64,000 nucleotides of DNA from an uncultured virus (IMG/VR IMGVR_UViG_3300025869_000012) (Duplodnaviria; Heunggongvirae; Uroviricota; Caudoviricetes). Below, piece by piece: positions 18,715-27,600 of the stretch. Under the pieces are notes generated by a model, which saw only the letters and a list, made by a program, of their open reading frames with translations, was not told the origin of the DNA and made no database searches. The stretch lies in IMG/VR virus record IMGVR_UViG_3300025869_000012, one strand, 5' to 3'. The position numbers and the translations under genes were made by a program. Numbering within the stretch: the stretch's first letter is position 1; every line of letters starts with the position of its first letter.

Positions 18715-19343
18715 AAGATATAGTATTTGTAATACCAGCTAGACTAGAGAGTACTAGGCTAAAACATAAAATGCTTATGATGTTTGATGATGAGCCACTA
18801 ATACGTATAGTATTTGATAAAGTACGTACTATGGGTTATGATACATTTGTTATAACTGATAGTCCTAAAATAGCAGAAGTTATACCTAGCAACAATGTTA
18901 TCATGTCTCATGAGGCAGAAAATGGGACAGCTAGAATAGCTCAAGCTCATGAATTTTTAAACCAGTATCAAACTATAATCAATATACAGGGTGACATGAT
19001 AGATATAACACATAAAACTGTAAAGCCTTTTATTGATAGAGCTAAAAATAATTTTGTAGTATACACAGCTTACACAAAAGGTTACGAGCCAAACGGTGTT
19101 AAGGTTGTACATCAAGCAGGTAAAGCTATGTGGTTTACTAGATCTGATATTGGTTATGGTGATAGACACCTTGGTATATATATGTATAGACCATACGCTT
19201 TACAGTGTTATGACTTATTAGATGATGAATATCCACAAGAAAACTTAGAACAAAATAGATATTTAGGTTTATATGATATTAAAGTATGTGAGGTTAAATA
19301 TGAAGGTAGAGAAATAAATACACAAGAAGATGTTAATGGATAA
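18711..19343 (+). CDS. kdsB: CMP-Kdo synthetase (3-deoxy-manno-octulosonate cytidylyltransferase)
   Basis: VIPARLESTRL..KML, GT.RI, INIQGD, RHLGIY.Y, LEQ.R.L, INTQED. Confidence 0.88.
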   Translation: MKDIVFVIPARLESTRLKHKMLMMFDDEPLIRIVFDKVRTMGYDTFVITDSPKIAEVIPSNNVIMSHEAENGTARIAQAHEFLNQYQTIINIQGDMIDITHKTVKPFIDRAKNNFVVYTAYTKGYEPNGVKVVHQAGKAMWFTRSDIGYGDRHLGIYMYRPYALQCYDLLDDEYPQENLEQNRYLGLYDIKVCEVKYEGREINTQEDVNG

Positions 19344-20088
19344 GTTTATAATATCAGGACCATGTGTTATAGAAAGCGAGTACACATGCATGAAAATAGC
19401 AGAGAAAGTAAAAGAACTTACAGCTAAGTATGGTTTTGATTACATATTTAAAGCTTCATTTGATAAAGCAAACAGAACTTCTGTAGACTCATACAGAGGA
19501 CCAGGTTTACAAGAGGGATTAGAAATACTAGCTAAAGTTAAAAAAGAGTTTGATGTTCAAATAACAACAGACATACACGAACCTATACAAGCTATACAAG
19601 TTAAAGATGTTGTTGATGTTATACAAATACCTGCTTTTTTATGTAGACAAACAGATCTTTTACTTGCAGCCGGCAGAACAGGTAAGACCGTAAATATAAA
19701 GAAGGCACAGTTTATGAGTGGTAACAACATGGAGCACCCAATTAAAAAAGTGCAATCCACGTGTAATAATAATATAATGGTAACTGAGCGTGGAACTATG
19801 TTTGGTTTAGGTAACTTAGTTGTAGATTTCCGACAGATACTAGATATGAAAAAATTTAACGTACCTATAGTTATGGACGTTACTCATTCAACTCAAAAGC
19901 CTAGCGCTCTTGGCAATAAAAGTGGTGGTGATAGAAAGTATGCACCATACATAGCTAAGTTAGCACAAGCAGTTGATGTTGATGGTTACTTCTTTGAAGT
20001 ACACCCTGACCCAGACAACGCTTTAAGCGATGGTCCTAACATGGTACCGTTAAATAATTTTGAAACAATATTAAAATTTATAGCATGA
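19330..20088 (+). CDS. kdsA: Kdo-8-phosphate synthase
   Basis: GPCVIES, KASFDKANRTS, RGPG, QIPAFLCRQTDL, NIKKAQF, ERG, DVTHS, EVHPDP..A.SDG. Confidence 0.95.
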   Translation: MLMDKFIISGPCVIESEYTCMKIAEKVKELTAKYGFDYIFKASFDKANRTSVDSYRGPGLQEGLEILAKVKKEFDVQITTDIHEPIQAIQVKDVVDVIQIPAFLCRQTDLLLAAGRTGKTVNIKKAQFMSGNNMEHPIKKVQSTCNNNIMVTERGTMFGLGNLVVDFRQILDMKKFNVPIVMDVTHSTQKPSALGNKSGGDRKYAPYIAKLAQAVDVDGYFFEVHPDPDNALSDGPNMVPLNNFETILKFIA

Positions 20089-20735
20089 GAATATTTATAG
20101 GAAGTGATTCACGTCATCCGCAAGCTACAAAAGTAGTTAGAAAGTCTATACTAGACAACGGTGATCACGAGGTTATGTCTTTAGTAAAAGCGCAGCTAAT
20201 TAAGCGTGGTATTTATGGTAGAAAAGATGTGCCTAATGAATCAACAGAATTTTCTTTTACAAGGTTTTATACACCTTTGTGTAACAACTGGAATGGCATA
20301 GCCATCTTCTGTGATAATGACTTCGTTTGGAAGTGTGATCCTGAAGAGATTGTGCAGTACTTAGGAGATAAAACAGTAGCGGTTGTAAAACATAAAATTG
20401 ATGATGTTAAAGGAACAAAGATGGATGGAGTTAAAAACAAAATGTACCCAAAGAAATGTTGGAGTTCATTAATGGTATTTAACTGTGAGAAATTAAAAGG
20501 TATATTAACTAAAGAATATTTAGACAATGCTACACCACAGCAATTACATCAGTTTGAGTGGGTAGATGATAGTGAGATAGCTGAGATACCCGTTAAATAT
20601 AATCACTTAGTAGGTTATTACGAAAAAAATGATGACATAAAAGCGATACATTATACTAACGGTGGGCCTTGGTTTGATAAGTATAAGGATGGAGAGTTAT
20701 CAGAAGAGTGGTGGAGCGTATACAACAGCTTGTAA
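20085..20735 (+). CDS. GT-A glycosyltransferase (GT8/plant CDI-like)
   Basis: IFIG.D; STEFSFTRF; FCDNDF (DxD); WSSLMVFN; LHQF.W; NHLVG; HYTNGGPW. Confidence 0.8.
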   Translation: MRIFIGSDSRHPQATKVVRKSILDNGDHEVMSLVKAQLIKRGIYGRKDVPNESTEFSFTRFYTPLCNNWNGIAIFCDNDFVWKCDPEEIVQYLGDKTVAVVKHKIDDVKGTKMDGVKNKMYPKKCWSSLMVFNCEKLKGILTKEYLDNATPQQLHQFEWVDDSEIAEIPVKYNHLVGYYEKNDDIKAIHYTNGGPWFDKYKDGELSEEWWSVYNSL

Positions 20736-21502
20736 AAAATAAATCAGTAATACTTGTTGGCAACTCTGTAGAGTTAATGCATCATGATTATGGCAAGTTC
20801 ATAGATAGCCATGATATTGTTGTACGCTTTGGTAGAGCTGTTGATAGTATAGCTGATGATAAAGGAAAACAATTAGGTAGTAAAACAAACATATGGGTGA
20901 CTGGTCAGTTCAGAGCTCCTATATGGAAGAGGCGTAATAAAGAATTTACAAAAGGTAAATTTAAAGATGTTGAAATATTACTTAATAGATGTCGTGGTAA
21001 TTTTTTACTCAAAGACTGGGTATTAGAAGATCATCTACCAAAGGGTATGCCTTATACTCAGATGTGGTCAGACGCAGAACTAGAATCACTCTGGAACGGT
21101 TTTGGCAATTCAATGTACAGCTTACAACTCAGGCCTTCAGCTGGGTTTTTAACAATACTATATTTTATTAGGGAAATTAGTACTCAAAAGAAATTGAGTA
21201 TTATTGGATATGACTTCTTTCATAAGAGCGTAAAGAAGAATACATATATGGCTAAGAACGTAAAAGACGGTAATGGTGAATGTGATCCTCACAGCTGGCA
21301 TTTACCTCTTTATACTACAAGGCATTCAGCGCATGATCGTAATTTAGAAAATCAATATGTGAGTAAGTTAGAACGTGATGGTTTGCTTGAGTGGCACGCG
21401 TTAAGTGATATGAAAAGAAATAAAGTTAAATATACTGGGTGGATGAAGGGTCAGAAGATAATAAGAAGTGTGGCTAGAAAAACGGCTGTGTCAAAAATCT
21501 AG
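20708..21502 (+). CDS. GT29 sialyltransferase-like (probable Kdo/ulosonate transferase)
   Basis: Sialylmotif L (VGNS...G..IDSHD.VVRF...G.KT), S (PSAG...IIGYDF), VS (HDRNLE). Confidence 0.78.
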   Translation: MVERIQQLVKNKSVILVGNSVELMHHDYGKFIDSHDIVVRFGRAVDSIADDKGKQLGSKTNIWVTGQFRAPIWKRRNKEFTKGKFKDVEILLNRCRGNFLLKDWVLEDHLPKGMPYTQMWSDAELESLWNGFGNSMYSLQLRPSAGFLTILYFIREISTQKKLSIIGYDFFHKSVKKNTYMAKNVKDGNGECDPHSWHLPLYTTRHSAHDRNLENQYVSKLERDGLLEWHALSDMKRNKVKYTGWMKGQKIIRSVARKTAVSKI

Positions 21503-21611
21503 CTATAACCTCAGCTATAACCTCAATAATTAATAATATAACAATTGGTAGTATATATTCCCACCAGTCATATTTACCGTTTTCATTTAAATCAAAAAAA
21601 TTAAATTTCAT
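21474..21611 (-). CDS. Small membrane protein (45 aa, not in ORF track)
   Basis: MKFNFFDLNENGKYDWWEYILPIV...; convergently overlaps the end of the + arm. Confidence 0.45.
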   Translation of the reverse strand: MKFNFFDLNENGKYDWWEYILPIVILLIIEVIAEVIARFLTQPFF

Positions 21612-21862
21612 TTTGCTCCGCAAGGCTTGCCGTTGGCTATGTTAACCCAATTTTCTTTTTGAAACCAGTCACGTAATGTAGCACCTTTTTTTCTAGCACC
21701 TTTAACATTAGACTTACTGGATCTTTTATATTTACCTTGAGCTGCAGCAGATCTCTTGGCACTAATTACTTTTTGCCTCTGCTCTTTACTCATACTTTTG
21801 TATTTCTTATATGGTAAACAAACTTTCTTTGTTCCACCACCCTTTACTTTACTTTTTGGCAT
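21608..21862 (-). CDS. Small basic phage protein
   Basis: CLP...MS.E....KR and LRDWF.KE.WV...GKPCG motifs. Confidence 0.6.
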   Translation of the reverse strand: MPKSKVKGGGTKKVCLPYKKYKSMSKEQRQKVISAKRSAAAQGKYKRSSKSNVKGARKKGATLRDWFQKENWVNIANGKPCGAK

Positions 21863-22410
21863 TATACCTTATCTTTAATGTGGTTATACATTGCATCACC
21901 TATTTCCTCTCCAAACGTTGAGTCTGATTTATAGTGTGCTTTAGCTACATTTCTGCTGTATGAAATATCTTTACCAGCCTGTATGAAGTCCTTTGCTGCA
22001 TTAGGATGTTTATCTGCTAATAATTTACCTATCATAACACCTTGTGCTGAGTGACCTGATGGGTATGAAGGTGTCTTCATGCTGTTAAGCTCATATTGCT
22101 TTAAATCAATATCAATTTCTTCTGCAACTCTTTTAGGCCTAGGTCTTTTATAAAACCTTTTTAGTTCTAATATAGGCTTTGAACTTTGTTCTATTAAAGA
22201 ATCAACTAATTTCTTATCGTGCGATACTTTATTTTTTTTAGCAACATTACTAAATGTACCTGCTATATCGTCTTTATCATCAACAAATTTTTTATTCATT
22301 GGTATCTTTGATATTTCTTTTACCTCATTGTAAGTACCAAGTGATTTATTTGCAGGTGGTTTTTTACCTTTAAACTTATCAACATCAAAGTCTTTAAATA
22401 AATCTTTCAT
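21862..22410 (-). CDS. PAP2/vanadium-haloperoxidase superfamily phosphatase
   Basis: K..YKRPRP, PSYPSGH, SR....HY.SD; ATG 22410 preferred. Confidence 0.82.
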   Translation of the reverse strand: MKDLFKDFDVDKFKGKKPPANKSLGTYNEVKEISKIPMNKKFVDDKDDIAGTFSNVAKKNKVSHDKKLVDSLIEQSSKPILELKRFYKRPRPKRVAEEIDIDLKQYELNSMKTPSYPSGHSAQGVMIGKLLADKHPNAAKDFIQAGKDISYSRNVAKAHYKSDSTFGEEIGDAMYNHIKDKV

Positions 22411-22511
22411 TTTTTTACACAATTGGGTACACGTCTGCCACCCTTCTTTTTGAAGCCAACTTGTTTATAACCAGTCCAACATTTAGGTTTTTTCTTATAA
22501 TCTTTTTTCAT
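22407..22511 (-). CDS. Small basic Cys protein (34 aa, not in ORF track)
   Basis: CWTGYKQVGFKKKGGRRVPNCV. Confidence 0.6.
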   Translation of the reverse strand: MKKDYKKKPKCWTGYKQVGFKKKGGRRVPNCVKK

Positions 22512-22654
22512 TACTTCTTCTTTTTACCTCCACCAAATCTACCTGGACCACCAGCTTTAGTACATCTCACACCCCATCCTGAAGCGTAAGCGCTAGGCCA
22601 TACTTTAAATTTCTTTTTTGCTGCAGCTTTACATGCCGGACTAATTTTACCCAT
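22511..22654 (-). CDS. Small basic protein (47 aa, not in ORF track)
   Basis: ACK...KKFKVWPSAYASG...C. Confidence 0.6.
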   Translation of the reverse strand: MGKISPACKAAAKKKFKVWPSAYASGWGVRCTKAGGPGRFGGGKKKK

Positions 22655-22656
22655 AA

Positions 22657-22815
22657 TTATTTGTTTTTATAAGGAAACATTATATTCAAAGCTTCACGTC
22701 TACCTTCGCATCCGCAAGGTATATTTAAACCATCTGATACTCTATCTACTACAGACTTAATACCAGTTTTACTTGTGAAGTTATGTATACTATCTCCTAA
22801 TCCTCTTGATTTCAT
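22657..22815 (-). CDS. Small protein with CGC motif (52 aa, not in ORF track)
   Basis: KSRGLGD...TGIK..V....PCGCEGRREALN. Confidence 0.6.
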   Translation of the reverse strand: MKSRGLGDSIHNFTSKTGIKSVVDRVSDGLNIPCGCEGRREALNIMFPYKNK

Positions 22816-22819
22816 TTCT

Positions 22820-22993
22820 TTATTGCCAAGGTAACATAGTCATACCTATTTTATTTAATAAGTATTCTATAAGTATAAACCCAATGCCACCGATTACTAC
22901 TTGATAAAACCACCATTTCCAGCCTGTTAAAGATAAAGCCCACTTGCGTATCGGTGATTTCATAGCAAGATTATATAAATATTTTTTTAACAT
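22820..22993 (-). CDS. Small membrane protein (57 aa, not in ORF track)
   Basis: Trp-rich segment plus one hydrophobic helix; fills the gap. Confidence 0.5.
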   Translation of the reverse strand: MLKKYLYNLAMKSPIRKWALSLTGWKWWFYQVVIGGIGFILIEYLLNKIGMTMLPWQ

Positions 22994-23235
22994 TTCCATC
23001 TGCGTCTAGCGGCTTTACCTCTTTCACCTGTCCAACCTTTTGATCTAGCGCAAAATGATTTTCTACGTTTAGCAGCTTTACTACCAGGCTTTACTTTACC
23101 GGTTACAGCTGTTTTTAATTTACTACCAGGATTTTTCTTTTTGTATTCTCTAACGCCTTTAGCTGTCATGCCAGCTCCTTCTTTAGTTGATCTAAAGTTA
23201 CGTCCCTTTCCCTTTGTAGTTTTTCTTATTGCCAT
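22987..23235 (-). CDS. Small basic conserved phage protein
   Basis: GAGMTAKG...NPGSKLK...KRRKSFCAR...RRRWKC. Confidence 0.7.
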   Translation of the reverse strand: MAIRKTTKGKGRNFRSTKEGAGMTAKGVREYKKKNPGSKLKTAVTGKVKPGSKAAKRRKSFCARSKGWTGERGKAARRRWKC

Positions 23236-23742
23236 TTAATTATTTTTTTTACCGCCACCTGTTGATGTGACTGGATTTACAGCAACTGGGTTACCTCCAC
23301 CGCCTGTTGTGTTACCACCATAGCTTTGTGATCCACCAGCGTTACCCACTGTGATAGGTGCGTTATTATTATTATTTGGGTTTGGTATTACATAACCATA
23401 TGTGCCATTTGCTTTACCATGATATCTCCACCTGCTATCGTGATATCTGTAATCATACCTATAATCATTATATGGATTATAATATCTATTATCTTGCCAT
23501 CTAACAAAGTCGTAACCAACAACATTATAAGTTTGTTGTGGTCTTATTTGATCTATTTTTATCTTAACGGTGTCACCCATTTTAGTTAAAGCAAGTACAT
23601 GTGTGACCATTACTTGATTATGATCTATCCCTCGGTATAACATAGGTGAACAGCTTGATAGCGCGCCTGCTAATAAAACACCCACAAGTGCTCCTATTGT
23701 TATTAATCTCCCTAAGTTTCTTTGTTTTTCTGTCATGTCCAA
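23236..23742 (-). CDS. Putative lipoprotein in lysis region
   Basis: Hydrophobic signal plus LSSC lipobox; Tyr/Asn/Gly-rich tail. Confidence 0.55.
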   Translation of the reverse strand: MDMTEKQRNLGRLITIGALVGVLLAGALSSCSPMLYRGIDHNQVMVTHVLALTKMGDTVKIKIDQIRPQQTYNVVGYDFVRWQDNRYYNPYNDYRYDYRYHDSRWRYHGKANGTYGYVIPNPNNNNNAPITVGNAGGSQSYGGNTTGGGGNPVAVNPVTSTGGGKKNN

Positions 23743-23848
23743 ATTTTATAAATGTAATGTAATACTAAAATAGCTACAAGCAAAGCGCATTGTAGAAAAA
23801 ATATAATTCCAACCACCTTGTCTTCAGGCTTTACGTTGTTCCATTTAA

Positions 23849-24310
23849 TCAAGCTGCGTAATTTGCGTATTGAGTTTTACCGTCTTTTCTAAATGCTACT
23901 AGGCATCTGTTTCTATTTTCACCCGGGTTAACGTAGCTTACGTGTACCCAGTCAGGATTTTTGTGGTCACCAAACTCCCAAATCATCTGATCAAATTGTA
24001 AATTATCTTTTATAAAGTTAAACATCTCAGCGTTTGTCTTATGCCCATACACATCATCTATGTCAACCGCTTGACCATTACAATGTTGTGACTTGCTGCT
24101 ACCGCCGATAGCTTTATTTAATTCTGGTCCACGATAAAATGAATTTATCCTGACAGGACCACCAACCCACTCTCTGAGTGGTTCAAATACTTTTACAGCT
24201 AACATCTTCATATTGTTAAGATGTTCTTCAGTTGGATTGTTTTCTAAGCCAAGGCGTTTTGCTGTTATGCTGTACTTACCTTCGCGCATACTAACGTGCT
24301 TGCTAATCAT
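23849..24310 (-). CDS. Peptidase M15A-family endolysin
   Basis: RINSFYR...SQHCNGQAVD...WVHVS. Confidence 0.85.
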   Translation of the reverse strand: MISKHVSMREGKYSITAKRLGLENNPTEEHLNNMKMLAVKVFEPLREWVGGPVRINSFYRGPELNKAIGGSSKSQHCNGQAVDIDDVYGHKTNAEMFNFIKDNLQFDQMIWEFGDHKNPDWVHVSYVNPGENRNRCLVAFRKDGKTQYANYAA

Positions 24311-24314
24311 TTAA

Positions 24315-24617
24315 TTATCTTTTATACACTTTGTTTTCTAAGTCGCTAACTTTTTCTTCAAGTTTTTCTATTTCTTTTTCCAAGTACGTAACTTTTTGTT
24401 TCAATAATAAACCGTCAGATGTTTCTTTTACTTCATATGTAGGTAGTTCTTTAGCTAGTTCTATTTCTTGCTTAAGGTTGTTATAACCCATAGTACCAGA
24501 GATAATAAAGCCTATAACTATCGCAATACTTTTTACGTCGATCTTGAAGTCTGGCTTTTTATCGCCATCTATATCTATACCAATTGTTTTATCGCCTAGT
24601 TCTTCGATTTGTTTCAT
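24315..24617 (-). CDS. Single-TM coiled-coil protein (possible lysis accessory)
   Basis: One TM segment followed by heptad repeats; adjacent to endolysin. Confidence 0.45.
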   Translation of the reverse strand: MKQIEELGDKTIGIDIDGDKKPDFKIDVKSIAIVIGFIISGTMGYNNLKQEIELAKELPTYEVKETSDGLLLKQKVTYLEKEIEKLEEKVSDLENKVYKR

Positions 24618-24684
24618 TATGAAAGGGATTTAGTTGTTGTGTTTTGTGCTGCCATTATTTATTATTACTTGTTTTCAATATTCT

Positions 24685-27600
24685 TTACCTGTTTTTTCTA
24701 CCTGTTCTACCCTTTCTACCGCCTCTACCTTTTGGCTTTTTCGTTGTCTTTTCACTTAAATCTAATATATCTAAAACAGTTGGAGGTTTGGCCAGACCAA
24801 AGTCATATGTTGACCATCCTAAGCTCATTAGTATTCTTTCGTATGATTTGTATCCCTGATCGTGTAAATCAACACCAGCTTCTATTTGTCTTATTAACCT
24901 TTCTATTCTATCAGTTGGTAGACCATAAATAAATGAAGGTGTTTCAATTAATAAATCTTTATAATTACCTTTACCTATAGCATTAATTATCTTAGCTGCT
25001 TTTCTAAATTTAGTAGATATTGTAGGTGATATTTCTAATACTTTAACATCTAAATTTCGCCTGTTACCTCTTGCTATTTCAATACCTATATTTTTAACTA
25101 CTGATAGTATACCACCAACTATACCACTACCTCTTAATATAGAATCTAGCGCTGCGTTTAAGTAATCTATCTTTTGTTTTTCTTCAACTTCTTCACCTTC
25201 ACCTAAAGCAAACATAAGTATTATAGCTTTTTGTAAACCGGCAAACAATAAGTTTTGATAAGCCATAAACTGAAACATTTGCCAAGCTTGTTCTAACCTA
25301 CTATCACGTAAAGATTTAAATGTACCATCTGCGTTTTTAACTCTTCTACCATTTTTAAAGTCATTAAGTGCTTTCTTACCTAACCTTGTGTACTGCATTG
25401 TAACGTTTTGAAACGTTAAGAATATTCTACCCATAACACTAGCTTGTTGCATAGATATTAAATCAGCTCTTGCGGACTGCTGTGAGGCTTCAGCTTTTTC
25501 TCTAAAGTCTCTCATAGCTGTTCTCTCTGCTTGTACCTGATCCATACCCTTACTAACATAATCATTAATAAGGTTTCTATAATAAGCCGCACCACCAAAT
25601 GCTATAGCTAAACTATCCATAAACCTAGTAGGCGCATAACCTTTATTTTGTAATATGCTAGCTAAACGTAAGAATGGATCTTTTTCAGATGCTACAGTAC
25701 GCTGTATCTCTTCTTGTACAATATCTATTTTACCTCTGCCTCTTCTGTTTCTTAAAAACTCTGAGTTCCATAGTGCTGTAAAATCAGCAACCCATTGTTT
25801 TCTATCCATAACTCTAGCTAGCGTATTAAATAAGTTATTAGGTCCAGTAACCTCTATAAAGTTTGTTGCTGATATAGACTGTAACAACGCTGATCTTATA
25901 TTCACAAACATTATATTACCTGTAGCAAAGTTTAACCACTTAATCCAAGGGTTATTTATTTGACTAGCGTTCCTGTTAACACCTTCTTCCATCCTAAAGA
26001 ATATATCTTCTAATGCCTCTCTAAACTGAGTGCCATATATAGCTTGAATCTTATTCATCATCTCAGGTGTAAACACATTGTATCTATTGTCAATGAATTC
26101 TTGATGTATACTTGGTCGTATAAATTTAAACACAAATTCTACATCAGAGTTTATATCTTGTTGTTTCCAGTATTGTGTTGGTGGTGGATACAATTCAAAT
26201 AAAGGTACTAACGCAGGTTTTATATTATCATTTAATAATTCAAAAACATTATCAGCATAGTTCTTTAGTTGCTGATCTTTCATTACATAATCTAATAACT
26301 TATCAAACTGTTCTGTTGTTACACCAGGTATATCATGTCCTGCTCTCCACCATAAATATATTCTAGCAGCATCCATACGTGTAAACTCTGGCATAGCATC
26401 TTTGTATAAATCTTGTACAAAGTCTTTACCGTACATTTTCTTTAGATTAACCATGCCATCTCTAATGGCTAACTTAATTCTATCAAGTGCACGTTCTGCT
26501 CTAGCATAAGGCCTTAGTATAGTTTCCTCAAACCACACTTTATCAGACTCACCTTTTCTACCTTTACCAGCTATGTGATTGTCCCATAACCCTTTTAAAT
26601 CTTCAGCAGACGGTGGAATAAATATTTGATTAATTTTTGATCTAAAGTTAAATAGTTCTTTTAACCAAAAACCAGGTCTACCCTTTTCTCTTGCTTCTGT
26701 TTCATCTACAGTTCTACCTGCAACGTCACTATCAGGATTATTTTCGTCTAATATTTTATCTAATGTTTTTTCTGTTGATCCTTCTTTACTAAACTTTTGC
26801 CTTGCTTGATATATCTTACCACCAATGTTAAACATATCTAGTACATTGGCTACTGCTTTAACATTTTTAATAGCATCATCAGCAAATAATATATCATTAT
26901 AACCTTCTGCTACCTTGCTAGTTATCCAGTCTGCTTTAGCTTGTGGCGTACCATTTTCTAGTCCAATTATATTTTCTATTTTTAAGTCTAAACCTATACC
27001 ACTTAAAAACTTTTGTATAGCTGGTGCAGCATCTTGTGGCCTTGCTGTTAACACAAATATATCTGTGTTACCAAACTTATCTTTTAATGCTTGTGCTTTG
27101 CCAAAGAAAGGTCCACGTTTACCAGCTTTTACCTTAGTAAATTCACTAAAATCAAAATCTGCTCCTTTAGCTTCTAAGGCTTCAGAACGTGTTGCAAACT
27201 CTGTAGCATCTATTTTACCCTTAGTTCCGTTAGGAAGCGTGTAAAGCACCTTAGAAGTAGTTTTAGCTAACGTGTCATCAAAGTCTATAACGCTAGCGCC
27301 TTTTTGTTTTGCGTTAGGATCAATTGATTTTTTCATAGCAACAACAAAGTGTTGTGCTGCTTTAGAATCTGATCGTTTTTCAACGCTATTTTTTGCTCTT
27401 ATGTTTAGCCTTTGTAATGACTTTTTACTAAACACGTCACCAAACACATCACCGTTATTTATATTTTTTACAGGATAAAAATTGTCTTTGCCAAAATTTG
27501 CTATAGTATAATATCTATTAGCCAAAGCATTGTCACCAGCTTGATAACCTCTAGCCATTAACGATCCCATAGGTATCTGCTTATCCATAGTCTCTGGTAT

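Noticed and set aside
1517..20527. Short - strand ORFs within the early/replication arm
   Set aside because: Antisense to well-supported + strand genes, no motifs
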